DNA from: a virus
Length of the DNA: 64,000 bases
Virus record (IMG/VR): IMGVR_UViG_3300033489_000003
Span: 1-64,000 of that record
Direction: 5' to 3' (one strand)
Shown: positions 8,299 to 18,943 of the stretch, in pieces
Numbering within the stretch: the first letter of the stretch is position 1
Layout: every line of letters begins with the position of its first letter
Notes under the pieces: model-generated
Databases searched by the model: none
What the model saw: the letters and a program-made list of their open reading frames with translations, nothing else
What the model was told of the DNA's origin: nothing
Program-made: the position numbers and the translations under genes

Positions 8299-10101
8299 AT
8301 GGCCGAAACCCAAGCACCCGCCGCCGAGTCGGTATCGTTCGCTCCGGTGCAAACGCCGATCGCGCCGCAGTTCTTCAGCGAGACGGAGCGGTACCGCACG
8401 ATCGCGCGCCTGTGCGCCTACTATGACGGCACCCAGTACCGCGACCGTCCTGACTTCTGGACCGGTCGCAAGGTTGGCGGCTCGAGCGGCAAAGCGGTTC
8501 CGCTGCGCGAGCGCGCGCCGTGCGTCATCTACCCGCTGCCGAAAGCAGCAGTGCAGCAGGCGGTACGGTACACGTTCGGCGAGGGCAAATACCCCACCGT
8601 CAAGGTCGATGAGGCGACCGCAAACGACGCGGTAGCGGGCCTCCAGTTCTCGAAGGAGGACGCGGCCGCCGCGACCAGCTACATCGCGGAGCTGACGGAG
8701 CAGTGCGGGCTTCGGCCCACCATGCGGACGCTGCTGCGGCACGGGCTCAGCGCGAAAACGGCAGTCGCCATGCTGGCGGTCCGTGAGGGCAAGTTCGCAA
8801 TCGACCTCGCGCACGCGAAGGATTGCTGGCCCAAGTTCAAGAACGACGACCCGAGCAGCGACGTCGAGTCGCTCGTCTGGTGCTACCGATTCTCCAAGAT
8901 GGTTCCCGACAAGAACGGGAAGCCCGAGTACAAAGACCACTTCTTCCGCCGCGACTTCACGGCCGATGCTGTCATCGTTTACGACGACACGCCGGCAGAA
9001 GACAACGGCAAAACACCGCACTTCGTCGTCAACCAAGCGCTGTCGAAGGCGCACGGCTTGGGCTTTTGCCCGGTCGTCTGGATCCGCAACATGGCGGAGC
9101 AGTGCAGCGGCGACATCGACGGCATCAGCATTTACGCCGATCTCGAAGACGAGTTCGACGCGCTCAACTTCGCCCTCTCGCAGCGCCACCGCGGCATCGT
9201 CATCTTTGGTGTACCGCAGCCGTGGGAGACGGGCGTCGAAGAGGGCGACGGACCCGGCCAATCTGGCCGGCAGGCCTACCCGACGATGCCGTACAGCGCG
9301 CCCGGTGCGCCACCGTTTGGAGCCGCCGAGACGGTGCCGGCGCGTCCCACGGGCCCCGACCAGATGTGGTCGTACGGCGGCAAGGACGTGCGGCTCGGGC
9401 TGCTCGAGACGACCGGCAAGGCTTTCGAGGCCGCGACCGAACACGTCGTCGACATCCGCAGCCGATTGCTGGAAGCGATGTCGGTGGTGCTGGTCGACAC
9501 GACCAAGCTAGCGGGCCACGGCGCCATGTCGGCCAAGTTTTTGGCCATGGTGTTCCAGGACCTCTTCAGCCTGGTGGACGACCTACGTCCCTCCTGGTGG
9601 CAGAGCGGGCTAGCGTGCATCCTCAACATGATGCTGCGCATGACCGCCATCCTGGGCGGCGAGCGCATTCTACTTCCGGGCGCGCAGCAGGTGGCCGACA
9701 TCATGTCGCGCCGCAACGTCAACTTCGACGGCGAGACCGTCTGGGTGCCGCCGAAGCTCGTGCCGATTTGGGGCGACTACATGAGCCCCAGCAACGACGA
9801 GATCAAGGTCGGGGTAGAGGCTGTCGCGAAGGCGCGCGAGGCGAAGATCATCCCGACGCGCGAGGCCACGGAGTTCATCGCTTCGTACTTCGCCATTGAC
9901 GATGTCGACGCGGCCGTCAAGGAACTCACGAAGGAAGCGGACGACGAGTCGAAGAAGCAGCTGTCGATCGAACACGCCCTTTCGAGCATGAATGGCAGCA
10001 ACGCAAACGCACCAGGAGATGCTGGCGGCGGAGCAGCGGACAAAGCGGCGTCTGGAGTTGGCGGTAGCGCTGGCGTTGCTGCTGCCGACGCGAAAGCGTG
10101 A
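8299..10101 (+). CDS. portal protein
   Basis: 600 aa directly after terL; YYDGTQY and HGLGFCPVVWIRN portal-like motifs. Confidence 0.72.
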   Translation: MAETQAPAAESVSFAPVQTPIAPQFFSETERYRTIARLCAYYDGTQYRDRPDFWTGRKVGGSSGKAVPLRERAPCVIYPLPKAAVQQAVRYTFGEGKYPTVKVDEATANDAVAGLQFSKEDAAAATSYIAELTEQCGLRPTMRTLLRHGLSAKTAVAMLAVREGKFAIDLAHAKDCWPKFKNDDPSSDVESLVWCYRFSKMVPDKNGKPEYKDHFFRRDFTADAVIVYDDTPAEDNGKTPHFVVNQALSKAHGLGFCPVVWIRNMAEQCSGDIDGISIYADLEDEFDALNFALSQRHRGIVIFGVPQPWETGVEEGDGPGQSGRQAYPTMPYSAPGAPPFGAAETVPARPTGPDQMWSYGGKDVRLGLLETTGKAFEAATEHVVDIRSRLLEAMSVVLVDTTKLAGHGAMSAKFLAMVFQDLFSLVDDLRPSWWQSGLACILNMMLRMTAILGGERILLPGAQQVADIMSRRNVNFDGETVWVPPKLVPIWGDYMSPSNDEIKVGVEAVAKAREAKIIPTREATEFIASYFAIDDVDAAVKELTKEADDESKKQLSIEHALSSMNGSNANAPGDAGGGAADKAASGVGGSAGVAAADAKA

Positions 10102-10642
10102 CGGCATCGAGGTAGGCGTCTTCACCGCCACGCTGGCGGGCCGAATCGACGCTAGCAACGCGGGTATTTCGGCGGCAGCGCGGGAGGTCAACGAGGCCAT
10201 CCGCGGAGAGCTGCCAGTTGGGCTCTTCGGGCTCGACAAGCACGCCGCCGGCTACGTAGCAGAAGCGGTCGACATCCGCAGGGCGCAAGCAGTAGCGCGC
10301 TCGTACGGCGAAGCGCTCGCGAAGACAGAGGCAACGGAAAAAGCGGCGTCAATCGCGGAGGCCGCGAAGCAGCAGGCGTACCGGCTCGAGCGCATTGCCG
10401 CTACGGAGAACGCGCAAGCCTTCAACGCGGCTAAGACACTTGAGGTCGAGCGCCGCGCCGAGCGGGCCGGCGTCGTGCTCATGAAGACGTGGGACGCGAC
10501 GCTCGACAAGCGCACGTGCGACGTGTGCAGCGGCCTAGACGGCACATCGGTCCGCGTCGGCGAATCCTACCCAGGCGGCCAAGAGCCTGGCAGCGCGCAT
10601 GCAATGTGCCGCTGTACTGAAACCATCTCCGCAGTTCACTGA
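9992..10642 (+). CDS. minor head protein (Mu gpF/SPP1 gp7-like)
   Basis: RIAATE...KTWDATLDKRTCDVC...PGSAHAMCRC. Confidence 0.7.
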   Translation: MAATQTHQEMLAAEQRTKRRLELAVALALLLPTRKRDGIEVGVFTATLAGRIDASNAGISAAAREVNEAIRGELPVGLFGLDKHAAGYVAEAVDIRRAQAVARSYGEALAKTEATEKAASIAEAAKQQAYRLERIAATENAQAFNAAKTLEVERRAERAGVVLMKTWDATLDKRTCDVCSGLDGTSVRVGESYPGGQEPGSAHAMCRCTETISAVH

Positions 10643-10660
10643 CCCACATCGGAGGCAAAC

Positions 10661-10900
10661 ATGCCGGCATACTTTTGCACCAAAACGGGCGCGCGCATCG
10701 TTGCGCCGGGCGTCTCGAAGGCAGTCGATCCTGTCAACGGCCAAGAGGAATGCACGGCCGACGACGAGCACGTGAAGACGAAGCGAGAGCTTCGTGAAGA
10801 CGCCAAGGAAGAAGCCGCAGCCGACAAGAAGGAAGCGGCGGCTGTTGCCGACAAGGCAGCTCACTCCTTCCACAAATCCCACAAGGGCGACGACAAGTAA
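10661..10900 (+). CDS. hypothetical protein
   Basis: GGAGG RBS; within the head operon. Confidence 0.6.
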   Translation: MPAYFCTKTGARIVAPGVSKAVDPVNGQEECTADDEHVKTKRELREDAKEEAAADKKEAAAVADKAAHSFHKSHKGDDK

Positions 10901-10936
10901 CCCAGCGCCACCGCGCTGACCTGAGGAGATTCCAAG

Positions 10937-11320
10937 ATGGCTCTTACCAGCGGAACCGTGCACACGGTCAACACGCTTCAATCGGACGCCGTGACCTCTG
11001 TGCAGGTTGCGAACGTGCTCTTCACGATGTCGGGCACGTACGACCAATCGGCCAACAGTTCGCTCGTTGGCGTGCCGACGCTCATTCAGAACAGCCGACG
11101 CAACGGCAAGACCGTTACGATGATCGGCGTGATGCCTGGCAACGCTGCCGCCAAGGCGAGCGCGCCCGGCACCATCATGGGACTGAAGACGGTCGCCATC
11201 TCGTCGGCTGACGTCACGTTCGAAATTACGGACGGCGACTTCACGACCGAGCTTGCGGCCGCTGCAATCCCGGCGCAGTCGCGCCCGTTCGCGATTCTCG
11301 TCGCGTTCACGGAAGCCTGA
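10937..11320 (+). CDS. putative virion structural protein
   Basis: GAGGAG RBS; beta-rich composition. Confidence 0.6.
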   Translation: MALTSGTVHTVNTLQSDAVTSVQVANVLFTMSGTYDQSANSSLVGVPTLIQNSRRNGKTVTMIGVMPGNAAAKASAPGTIMGLKTVAISSADVTFEITDGDFTTELAAAAIPAQSRPFAILVAFTEA

Positions 11321-11556
11321 TGATGGGCCCCGGTTGCTACGAGGACCCGCACCGCGATCCCGATCGCGAGTTCGCGTCGCAGCAGCTATCGCACCATCAG
11401 TACGCCGTCGAGGACGCGAAGAAAGCGCTCGAAGAAATCGAAGACCCGGCGCTCAAGGCGCTGGCGAATCGCGTCATCGCGTCGAGCTCTAAAGAAGTCG
11501 TCACGTTGGCGAAGTGGCTGGCGAAGCGTTGGGCACAACCGGACGAAGACAAGTAG
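11320..11556 (+). CDS. hypothetical protein
   Basis: Coupled ORF. Confidence 0.5.
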   Translation: MMGPGCYEDPHRDPDREFASQQLSHHQYAVEDAKKALEEIEDPALKALANRVIASSSKEVVTLAKWLAKRWAQPDEDK

Positions 11557-11621
11557 CGAGCGCCGACAAGGCGCATCTCCACCGCTCTCGCGAGCGACAT
11601 CGCGAGTAGGAGAGTAGCAAA

Positions 11622-12359
11622 ATGGCTGATGAAACGAACGGCGCTCCGGCGTCGACCGGTACGGCTGCGCCCGCGGCAGCGACAGATACGGCGACGAATG
11701 GTGTCACGCCGCCAGCGGCAACACCGCCCGCCGCAGCGGCTCCCGCTGCAACGCCAGCGCCCGTCGGTATCAACTCCGAGCAGCTCACCGCTCGGCTCCG
11801 TGAAGCGGAGGCCAACGGCGTCAAGAAACTGCTGAAAGAGCTCGGGTTCGAGAAGCCGTCGGACGTCAAGGCGATCCTCAAGATCGCCAAGGACCAACAG
11901 GACGCCGACCTCACGGACAAGCAGCGCATAGAGAAAGAGCGCGACGAGCTGAAGCCGAAGGCCAGCAAGGCCGACGCGCTTGAGTTGCTCGTCAGCGCGA
12001 TGGTCGAAGAGCAGTTCACCGGATTGCCGGAAGCCGCCAAGACTGCGATCGACGAAGTCGCCAAGGGCGATGCGCAAGAGCGGCTCCGCATGATGCAGGT
12101 GATGCGCAAGGCGGGCTTTCTGAACGGCGCTGCCGCTTCGGTCGCGGCACCCGTTGCTGGCACGAACGGAGCAGCTGCGCCGGTCGCGAAGCCAGCACCG
12201 GTAACGACCGCTCCGCCGGCCAACGCGCCGAAGCCCGGCGGCGTCCGCACGAAGTGGGACGAGTATCTCGACATCAAGAAGAGAAACGACACCCAAGGCG
12301 CGATCTTCTACCAGACGCACGCCATCGACATCGAGCAATCCAGACCAGCGACGCAGTAG
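11622..12359 (+). CDS. putative capsid scaffolding protein
   Basis: Ala/Pro-rich ends and coiled-coil core; directly precedes the major capsid gene. Confidence 0.65.
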   Translation: MADETNGAPASTGTAAPAAATDTATNGVTPPAATPPAAAAPAATPAPVGINSEQLTARLREAEANGVKKLLKELGFEKPSDVKAILKIAKDQQDADLTDKQRIEKERDELKPKASKADALELLVSAMVEEQFTGLPEAAKTAIDEVAKGDAQERLRMMQVMRKAGFLNGAAASVAAPVAGTNGAAAPVAKPAPVTTAPPANAPKPGGVRTKWDEYLDIKKRNDTQGAIFYQTHAIDIEQSRPATQ

Positions 12360-12424
12360 CGAACGAACCCCGTTCTCCTGCCGTCGGTTGACATCGTCGC
12401 AACCCGAACAACGAGGACAGCCAT

Positions 12425-13582
12425 ATGCCGTCAATCAACAGGGGAACACTCCCTTCCAATTACGTCGACTTCTTGGAGTCGACCATGTCGCCAATGCGGC
12501 TCACGACTCCAGAGCCGCAATACTTCTTTGCGCGCATGGCACTTGGCGCTCGCATGAGCCTCCAGGCGATGGCCGTTGGTGCGCCGAACCTCCGCTCGTT
12601 TGCCATGCAAGGCGCGGCGGGTGCGGAGCTGCCGTCGGATCTCGACGAGCTCGTCCGGGCCGGCGATGCATACCCGGGCGCCGTCAAAGCGGTTGACGAC
12701 TACGGCAAGGGCAAGGGCGACACGATCAAGTTTGATCGCGATCTCTACCTGGCCACCGGCGGCGCGTTCACGAAGGCGGGCCGAAAGCTTGCCACGGACG
12801 CAGCCATCTCGGTGTCGGGTCAACTCATTCAGAACGAAGAAGTACCGATCGTGCTCGAAGAGTACATCGGCCCAGGCGCTGCCGACGATACCGTCAAGCC
12901 GTACGAGATTTGGGGCTTTGACAACAAGTTCCGCGCGGCCAAGGAAAGCTTGGTCAGCAAGGTTACGCGCTACCACAAACGCGACTACGTGAAGTGGCTC
13001 GACACCGTCATTCGCGATCAGTTCCGCGAGACCGCCAACATCACGTACTCGGACGACGTTACGAACGCGTTGTCGTTTACGGCAGGCGCCGGCCACGTCG
13101 CGAACCTCGAGATGATCATGGCCGCCCGCAAGGCGCTCAGCGATCGCGAGTGGCAGCCATTCCCCAACGGCCGCTACATGCTGCTCGTGCCGACGAAGTT
13201 CAACGTCGACATGATCCAGGACCCCGACTACCGCGAGCTGTCGCACACGCACCGCGACGGGCGAAACCAGCTGTTCGGCTACATCGCCAGCGTGCAGGAC
13301 GTCGACATCTTCGAGGTGTCGACCCTGAAGACGCACGCCGCAGGCACCACCGTTCCGGATGACGGGCAGGTCGTGCCTGCTGGCGTGACGGTGCAGGAAG
13401 CTCTTCTGTTCGGACCTGGCGCCGTCGGGTTCGGCACCGCGGAAGACGAGACCACCAAGTCGCCGATGATTCGATTCGCCGACGACACCAACTACCAGAC
13501 GGTTGCGAAGACGATCTGGTACGCGCTGCACGCCTTCACGGCGCTCGATACACGCGGCGTTCAACGCATCCTGTTCCAGTAA
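12425..13582 (+). CDS. major capsid protein
   Basis: 385 aa; KGKGDTIKF, ALLFGPGAVG and DDTNYQ...IWY typical of HK97-fold capsids; synteny. Confidence 0.8.
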   Translation: MPSINRGTLPSNYVDFLESTMSPMRLTTPEPQYFFARMALGARMSLQAMAVGAPNLRSFAMQGAAGAELPSDLDELVRAGDAYPGAVKAVDDYGKGKGDTIKFDRDLYLATGGAFTKAGRKLATDAAISVSGQLIQNEEVPIVLEEYIGPGAADDTVKPYEIWGFDNKFRAAKESLVSKVTRYHKRDYVKWLDTVIRDQFRETANITYSDDVTNALSFTAGAGHVANLEMIMAARKALSDREWQPFPNGRYMLLVPTKFNVDMIQDPDYRELSHTHRDGRNQLFGYIASVQDVDIFEVSTLKTHAAGTTVPDDGQVVPAGVTVQEALLFGPGAVGFGTAEDETTKSPMIRFADDTNYQTVAKTIWYALHAFTALDTRGVQRILFQ

Positions 13583-13594
13583 GCGAGGACCGCC

Positions 13595-13975
13595 ATGGCA
13601 TCCAGTGGAGCTAATAAAGCCATCGCCGCGCGCGCCGCGGCCATTCTCACGACAGGTGAGGTGGCCGCTGAGCGGATCGATCTCAACGTGACGTGGGGCG
13701 GCAAAGTCTCAGTGTTCCTCGATTTCACGCTCGGATCGCTGACGAACGTCATCATCCGGCACTACGTGAGCATGGACGGTACGACCTACTACCCGCTCGC
13801 GATCGGTTCCGCCGTCATCACGGAGACCATTACGGCCTCGGCGACGCGCGCGTATTCGGTCGGCGACCTCGGCGGGTGGAAGTTCTACCGCGCAAGCTTG
13901 CAGGGGACTGGCACCGTCACGAGCTCGACAGCGACGCTCGTCTACCGATACCTGCGACGCGGTTCGCAGAACTAG
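13595..13975 (+). CDS. putative virion structural protein
   Basis: RBS and synteny. Confidence 0.6.
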   Translation: MASSGANKAIAARAAAILTTGEVAAERIDLNVTWGGKVSVFLDFTLGSLTNVIIRHYVSMDGTTYYPLAIGSAVITETITASATRAYSVGDLGGWKFYRASLQGTGTVTSSTATLVYRYLRRGSQN

Positions 13976-13984
13976 CCGGACGCC

Positions 13985-14401
13985 ATGGCCGTAAGGGACA
14001 TCATCCTAACGGCGACGTCGCCGGCTGCTGCGTCTACCGCGGCCTCGACGGCAGAGGCGTCCGGCCTCGACGCCTACGACTCGTTCATGATCGACGCCGA
14101 TCTCGTCGGCGCAACGGGCGGCACGCTCGACGTCATCCTGCAACGGTTCTCCGGGACGTTGTGGCGGGAATGGTACCGGTTCCCGCAGTTGGCAGCCGCC
14201 GCCGCCGCCATTCACTACACCTACGTGCCGGCGCTCAACGACTCCGTGACGGTGCACGGCGTTACGATCACGCCAGCGCTTGCAGTAAGCACGGCCGTCG
14301 GCGGGCACCCCGGCGACAAGTTGCGGTTCCTGTTCATCGCGGGAGCGAGCACAAGCGCCGGCGGCGTCCAGACCGTAACGATTCAGTGCCGCCGGCGGTA
14401 G
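13985..14401 (+). CDS. putative virion structural protein
   Basis: Synteny; composition similar to the upstream gene. Confidence 0.6.
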   Translation: MAVRDIILTATSPAAASTAASTAEASGLDAYDSFMIDADLVGATGGTLDVILQRFSGTLWREWYRFPQLAAAAAAIHYTYVPALNDSVTVHGVTITPALAVSTAVGGHPGDKLRFLFIAGASTSAGGVQTVTIQCRRR

Positions 14402-14404
14402 CGG

Positions 14405-15028
14405 ATGGCACTGTCCGTACTGACAACTGCCGAGATCGAATCGCTTCGATTTCATCTCGGATACGGTCAGATCGGGATTGGCGCCTACCCGTCGACACCA
14501 GACGGGTTCTACGAGCTTTTCCACGACGTCATTCAGCCGTATCTGACGTCCGGCGAAGAGACCAGTTCGACGACTGTTATTGCCGCCGGCGCCGCAACCG
14601 TGACGCCGCTGTCGATGACGAGCATTGCCGTCCACACGCAGCTCGTCGTCGACGTTGGCGACCTCGCCGAAATTGTGGTCGTCAAGAGCGTGACCGGAAC
14701 AACGTTCACGGCCGTCTTCGCATTCGCGCATCCGGTGACAGGTTATCCGATCGCCGTGCTGAGCGGAGTCAGCCGGCTGCGGATGTTGCTGTGGCTGGCC
14801 GACAAGGCGTGGGGCGTGATCCAGAGCGGTAGCTCGTCGTCGGCATCGTCGCTGCTGACTGGCGGGTTGAAGAAGGTAGATGAGATTGAGTGGCATCCAT
14901 CAGGGTCCACGATGACGACGCAGGAAGCGCGCGTCCTCGACTACCGAAACATTCAAGCGCTGATTTCTAGCCTCGTCCGCGTAGCCATATACGGGGAAAA
15001 CTGCGGCACCGTGCTCTCTGTGTACTGA
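14405..15028 (+). CDS. putative head-tail adaptor
   Basis: EIESLRFHLGY...LKKVDEIEW; synteny. Confidence 0.55.
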   Translation: MALSVLTTAEIESLRFHLGYGQIGIGAYPSTPDGFYELFHDVIQPYLTSGEETSSTTVIAAGAATVTPLSMTSIAVHTQLVVDVGDLAEIVVVKSVTGTTFTAVFAFAHPVTGYPIAVLSGVSRLRMLLWLADKAWGVIQSGSSSSASSLLTGGLKKVDEIEWHPSGSTMTTQEARVLDYRNIQALISSLVRVAIYGENCGTVLSVY

Positions 15029-15029
15029 C

Positions 15030-15494
15030 ATGGGCACGCTACCGATCACGCCAGCCGCGCTCGACGCGATTCGCACGCAGTACCCAAACGATTACGCGCT
15101 CCGCACGGTAGCGCTAACGGTCCGCGTCAAGACATGGTCGGGCACGAAGGTGGGCCCGCCTGGCATCGCGACAACGGTCGACACCGTCATCGCTGGCACG
15201 GCCGGCAATCTGTACAAGATCCGAGCGGTCACGCAGAAGGACATCGTCGCTTCGGGCGGCAAGTACCAGGCGGGGCAGTACAGGGTTGGACCCATCACGC
15301 CGCCGTTCGCCGGCGGCCCCATCACGGCCGACGACATCATTCCGCCGAAGATCGCGGGGCAGGGCCGCGAGGTTTACTACGGCGTCACGGACGCGACCGG
15401 CACGACGCAGTGGTGCTCAATGGTCGGCGCCGAGACCATGCACGCGCTGCACTGGTACCTGGTCCTGAAGCCAACCGGCACTGAGAACCCATGA
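15030..15494 (+). CDS. putative head closure protein
   Basis: Synteny. Confidence 0.5.
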   Translation: MGTLPITPAALDAIRTQYPNDYALRTVALTVRVKTWSGTKVGPPGIATTVDTVIAGTAGNLYKIRAVTQKDIVASGGKYQAGQYRVGPITPPFAGGPITADDIIPPKIAGQGREVYYGVTDATGTTQWCSMVGAETMHALHWYLVLKPTGTENP

Positions 15495-15946
15495 CGATTG
15501 CGGTCAAGGTGGACGGTGTCAAGCGGGCACTCAACGAGCTGCTCGTCGGACTCATGAAGGCGCAGAACGACTCGATCGATGACGCGCTCAAGGCAGCCGA
15601 AGCGGGCGCCAAGTCTGCCGTTTCGTCGATGACCAAGACGCGCACGGGTGCGCTACTGCGCGGGTTCACGACGCGTCGCCAGAACAACTTCTCCGGCTAC
15701 CTGTCGAACGGCGTCGGACACGCCATCTTCATCGAGAAGGGGACGGCGCCGCATACGATTCGAGCGCGCAACGCACAGTTCCTTCGGTTCGAGATAGGTG
15801 GCACCGTCTACTTCCGTCGCTCCGTGCGCCACCCAGGCACGAAGGCGAGACCGTTCACGCCGCTCGCAATGGCGTCTGGCCAGATGGCGCTTCGCGATGG
15901 CCTACGCGGCCGCGTGGACGACCTCACGGCCCGCTTCAACCGATGA
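15491..15946 (+). CDS. HK97 gp10-like neck protein
   Basis: TRTGALLRG...HAIFIEKGT...HPGTKARPF. Confidence 0.75.
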   Translation: MTIAVKVDGVKRALNELLVGLMKAQNDSIDDALKAAEAGAKSAVSSMTKTRTGALLRGFTTRRQNNFSGYLSNGVGHAIFIEKGTAPHTIRARNAQFLRFEIGGTVYFRRSVRHPGTKARPFTPLAMASGQMALRDGLRGRVDDLTARFNR

Positions 15947-16647
15947 CCGAGCCCTACGGCGCCTTCAACTTTGCTGGCGTCAGCTACCCGCTTCTAACGC
16001 AGCCATCGGGCGGCGGACTTCTCTCGGTATGCGATCCGTCGGTCGCCAAGCTGATCGACTTCATCGAGTCGGTTCTGACGACCTACATGGGCGCGGCGCT
16101 CGTGGACGCTGCGGCAACGGTCGCGCCCATCGACGCGGTCGTCAAGATGACGAGCTCGGTCGACCCGTCGAGCATTTCCAAAGTCGACCAGCTCGACTTC
16201 CCGCACCTCGCCGTATTCCGCAAGCGGGCGGAGAAGACCCAGAAGACCGCCAACTGGGACCAAAACACCTGGCGGATCGGCGTCGCGTACATCTTCCCGC
16301 CGCTCAGCGCGGCGCAAGCGATTCAGCTGATGCCGGCGCTCAACTCCGTTGGCCACATCATCACGAACCGTCTGCATTACGGGTTCGACCCCGCCTACAA
16401 CAGCGGCGAGCGCATCCTTGAGAACTCCGGGATGGCGTCATGCAAGGTCGACTCGTCGGAGATCGGGCGCTGGGATGTTTCCAATGAACTCGATTACCAC
16501 GGCTGGTTCGCCGAGCTCGTGATGGTCGAGCAGGAGATGGAGACGCCGAACGCCGGTCTCCAAACGCTCTCCGGCACCGCCGCAAAGATCACGGACGAAT
16601 CCGTTCAGCCGGGCGATCCCGTCGACGTCATCAACGCCGAAGTCTGA
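15943..16647 (+). CDS. putative tail terminator
   Basis: Synteny before the sheath gene; FPHLAVFR. Confidence 0.5.
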   Translation: MTEPYGAFNFAGVSYPLLTQPSGGGLLSVCDPSVAKLIDFIESVLTTYMGAALVDAAATVAPIDAVVKMTSSVDPSSISKVDQLDFPHLAVFRKRAEKTQKTANWDQNTWRIGVAYIFPPLSAAQAIQLMPALNSVGHIITNRLHYGFDPAYNSGERILENSGMASCKVDSSEIGRWDVSNELDYHGWFAELVMVEQEMETPNAGLQTLSGTAAKITDESVQPGDPVDVINAEV

Positions 16648-16674
16648 CCGACACCCCAAAGAGGACACAGCCAC

Positions 16675-17007
16675 ATGCAGCAACCCATTCGGGTGCGCGC
16701 CAAGCCTGGCGTGCTCGTGCCCGTGCCGCGTCTTCACGGCGGCGTCGCACAGTACGTAGGCCGCGACATCGACGCGCAAGCGTTCGAGCGCAAAGAAACC
16801 GACCTCGAGAAGCTCTACCCGATCTCCAAAGAGCCGACGGAGTTTTCGGTCGAGCAGCACGGCATCGAAGTCATGAGCGAGGTCCGCCGCATCCTCCGAG
16901 ACGGCGATCTGCTGACGGAGCTGAAGGCGCCATCGAAAGCGCCTGAGCCGTTTCACCAGGCGCAGAAGACGCTCGCGCAAGAATCTCCAAGCAAGGGAAA
17001 GACCTAG
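16675..17007 (+). CDS. hypothetical protein preceding the sheath gene
   Basis: RBS; RRILRDGDL resembles Mu gp38-like proteins. Confidence 0.55.
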   Translation: MQQPIRVRAKPGVLVPVPRLHGGVAQYVGRDIDAQAFERKETDLEKLYPISKEPTEFSVEQHGIEVMSEVRRILRDGDLLTELKAPSKAPEPFHQAQKTLAQESPSKGKT

Positions 17008-17010
17008 CCA

Positions 17011-18561
17011 ATGTCGATCGAGCTAACCGGCATTCCGAGCGGCTGGGCTACACCCGGCGACTATCTCGAGCTCAACCTCGGCGTCGGCCCCGCAGGCGCC
17101 GGCACGAATCAATACGTAGCGCTCATCATTGGCAACAAGACGGCGTCGGGCTCTGGCACCGTCGACACGTCGATCTACGGCCCCGACACCACGCCCTCCG
17201 TGCAGTCGGAGACGGACGTCGTTGCCGTCGCTGGCGCTGGATCCGAAGCGCACCGCCTATGGCGCCGCTTCCGGCAGACCAACAAGGGCACGCCCGTCTA
17301 CATGATCTTCCCGGCCGACGCAGCCGGTACTCCTGGCACGACCACCGTAGTCCTGTCCAACACGTCGACAGGTTCGGCTGCTCTGCGCTGCTGGGTTGGC
17401 GACGAGGTCATCGACACGCCGATCGCGAACGGCGATCTGATTGCCACAGTCGGCGCGGCCGCTGTCATCCAGATCAACAGCCGCACGCACCTGCCCGTCA
17501 CGGTCGCGTTCGTCACCGACACGTTCACTTTCACGTCGAAGAACACTGGCCCGCGAGCGAACGAGATCCGCGTCCGCATGGCGATCGTGAACGGCTCGAC
17601 CGCTACCACCGTCACGCCGAACAACGTCGCTACGGCGCTCACGAGCGGCGCTACCGAGGACAGCTGGACCAACGCGCTCGCGACGATTCTGCCGAGCCGT
17701 TACTACTACATCGTCAGCCCGAGCTCGAACGTCTCCGGAACCAATTTCGACGATGCCGTAGCTCAGATCAAGGCTCAGGCGCTCCCGCTCACCGGCATCC
17801 GCCAGCGCCTCATAGCCGGTTTCGTCGGCAGCCAGGCGGCCGGCTCCACCATCGCGGCCAACGCCGCGATCAACGATGCCCGCGTGCAGATTCCGTGGCT
17901 ACAGTCCGCCGATTGGACCGCTGGCGAGATTGCCGCGCACGTCGCCGCAACGCTAGCGATCCAAGAAGACAAGATTTGGAGCTACAACCTTCGCGGCTTC
18001 GGCAACGGCGTCATCGCAGGACAGGATACGTCGCAAATCTGGCGCATCCCGGCCCCGTTTACCCGCTCCGCTTGGCCGACCACTACCGGAATCGAGACAG
18101 CGCTCAACAACGGCCTCATGCCGATTGGCGTTACGGGCGCCAACGGAGGCACCTACATCGTCTGGTCGACGACGACCAAGCACAAGAACGGCTCCGCGTT
18201 CGATTACCGCAGCCGCTCCTCGCATATCGTCGCCGTGCTCGACCGTTGGTGCGACGAGTTTTTGTCCACGTATTCGGAGCGATTCGGCGGCAAGAACCTG
18301 GCCGATGACCCGAAGGACGGCGAACCGCTGCCAGCGCAGCACGTCGTCACGCCGCGGCAGATCCGCGCGCTCATCACCGAGAAGGTCTTCAAGTACGGCA
18401 ACAAGTACCTGAAGCACGCGCAGAAGATCTCCGACAACGCGATCGTCGAGCGCGACCCCATCGTCACAAGCCGCGTCGGACTCCGTATCCCCGCGGAGGT
18501 CATCGATCTGCTCCTCCAGAGCATGATCGCGGTCGACGACAACTCGTCCGCTACTTCCTGA
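17011..18561 (+). CDS. contractile tail sheath protein (Mu gpL-like)
   Basis: IPSGWATPGDYLE, AGAGSEAHRL, TALNNGLMPI, VVTPRQIRA. Confidence 0.88.
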   Translation: MSIELTGIPSGWATPGDYLELNLGVGPAGAGTNQYVALIIGNKTASGSGTVDTSIYGPDTTPSVQSETDVVAVAGAGSEAHRLWRRFRQTNKGTPVYMIFPADAAGTPGTTTVVLSNTSTGSAALRCWVGDEVIDTPIANGDLIATVGAAAVIQINSRTHLPVTVAFVTDTFTFTSKNTGPRANEIRVRMAIVNGSTATTVTPNNVATALTSGATEDSWTNALATILPSRYYYIVSPSSNVSGTNFDDAVAQIKAQALPLTGIRQRLIAGFVGSQAAGSTIAANAAINDARVQIPWLQSADWTAGEIAAHVAATLAIQEDKIWSYNLRGFGNGVIAGQDTSQIWRIPAPFTRSAWPTTTGIETALNNGLMPIGVTGANGGTYIVWSTTTKHKNGSAFDYRSRSSHIVAVLDRWCDEFLSTYSERFGGKNLADDPKDGEPLPAQHVVTPRQIRALITEKVFKYGNKYLKHAQKISDNAIVERDPIVTSRVGLRIPAEVIDLLLQSMIAVDDNSSATS

Positions 18562-18571
18562 GGAGCAACGA

Positions 18572-18943
18572 ATGGCCGCTGAGCTATATACGAATGCCGC
18601 CGTCTACATCGAAGGCGCGCTGCTCCTCCAAGCTACGTCAGTCCAGGTCGCCAGAAAGACCGGCGCTCAAGTGCAGCTCACGATGGCGAAGGGTTTCGCC
18701 GGCATGTCGCCAGGCGCTCCCATCCTGGAGATCACGTTTTCGAACGCCGTGCCGGCTGTCGAGATGGAATACGACCCAGGCGAGGTAATGAAGCTGCTGT
18801 CCACGCAGGCATTCACGGTCTTTGCCGGTAACCGCTCCCTAACGACGACCGGCTTCGTGACCGATGACACGTTCAAGAAAGCCGTCAACAGCGAAGCGTC
18901 GCTCGACATCACGATGATGTGCGAATTCGCCGAGTGGCAGTAG
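18572..18943 (+). CDS. tail tube protein
   Basis: 123 aa directly after the sheath gene. Confidence 0.72.
   Translation: MAAELYTNAAVYIEGALLLQATSVQVARKTGAQVQLTMAKGFAGMSPGAPILEITFSNAVPAVEMEYDPGEVMKLLSTQAFTVFAGNRSLTTTGFVTDDTFKKAVNSEASLDITMMCEFAEWQ

Noticed and set aside
7693-9444. 583-aa - strand ORF and similar long antisense ORFs (e.g. 12431-13564, 59871-60752)
   Set aside because: Shadow ORFs of high-GC genes whose opposite strand has clear motifs.
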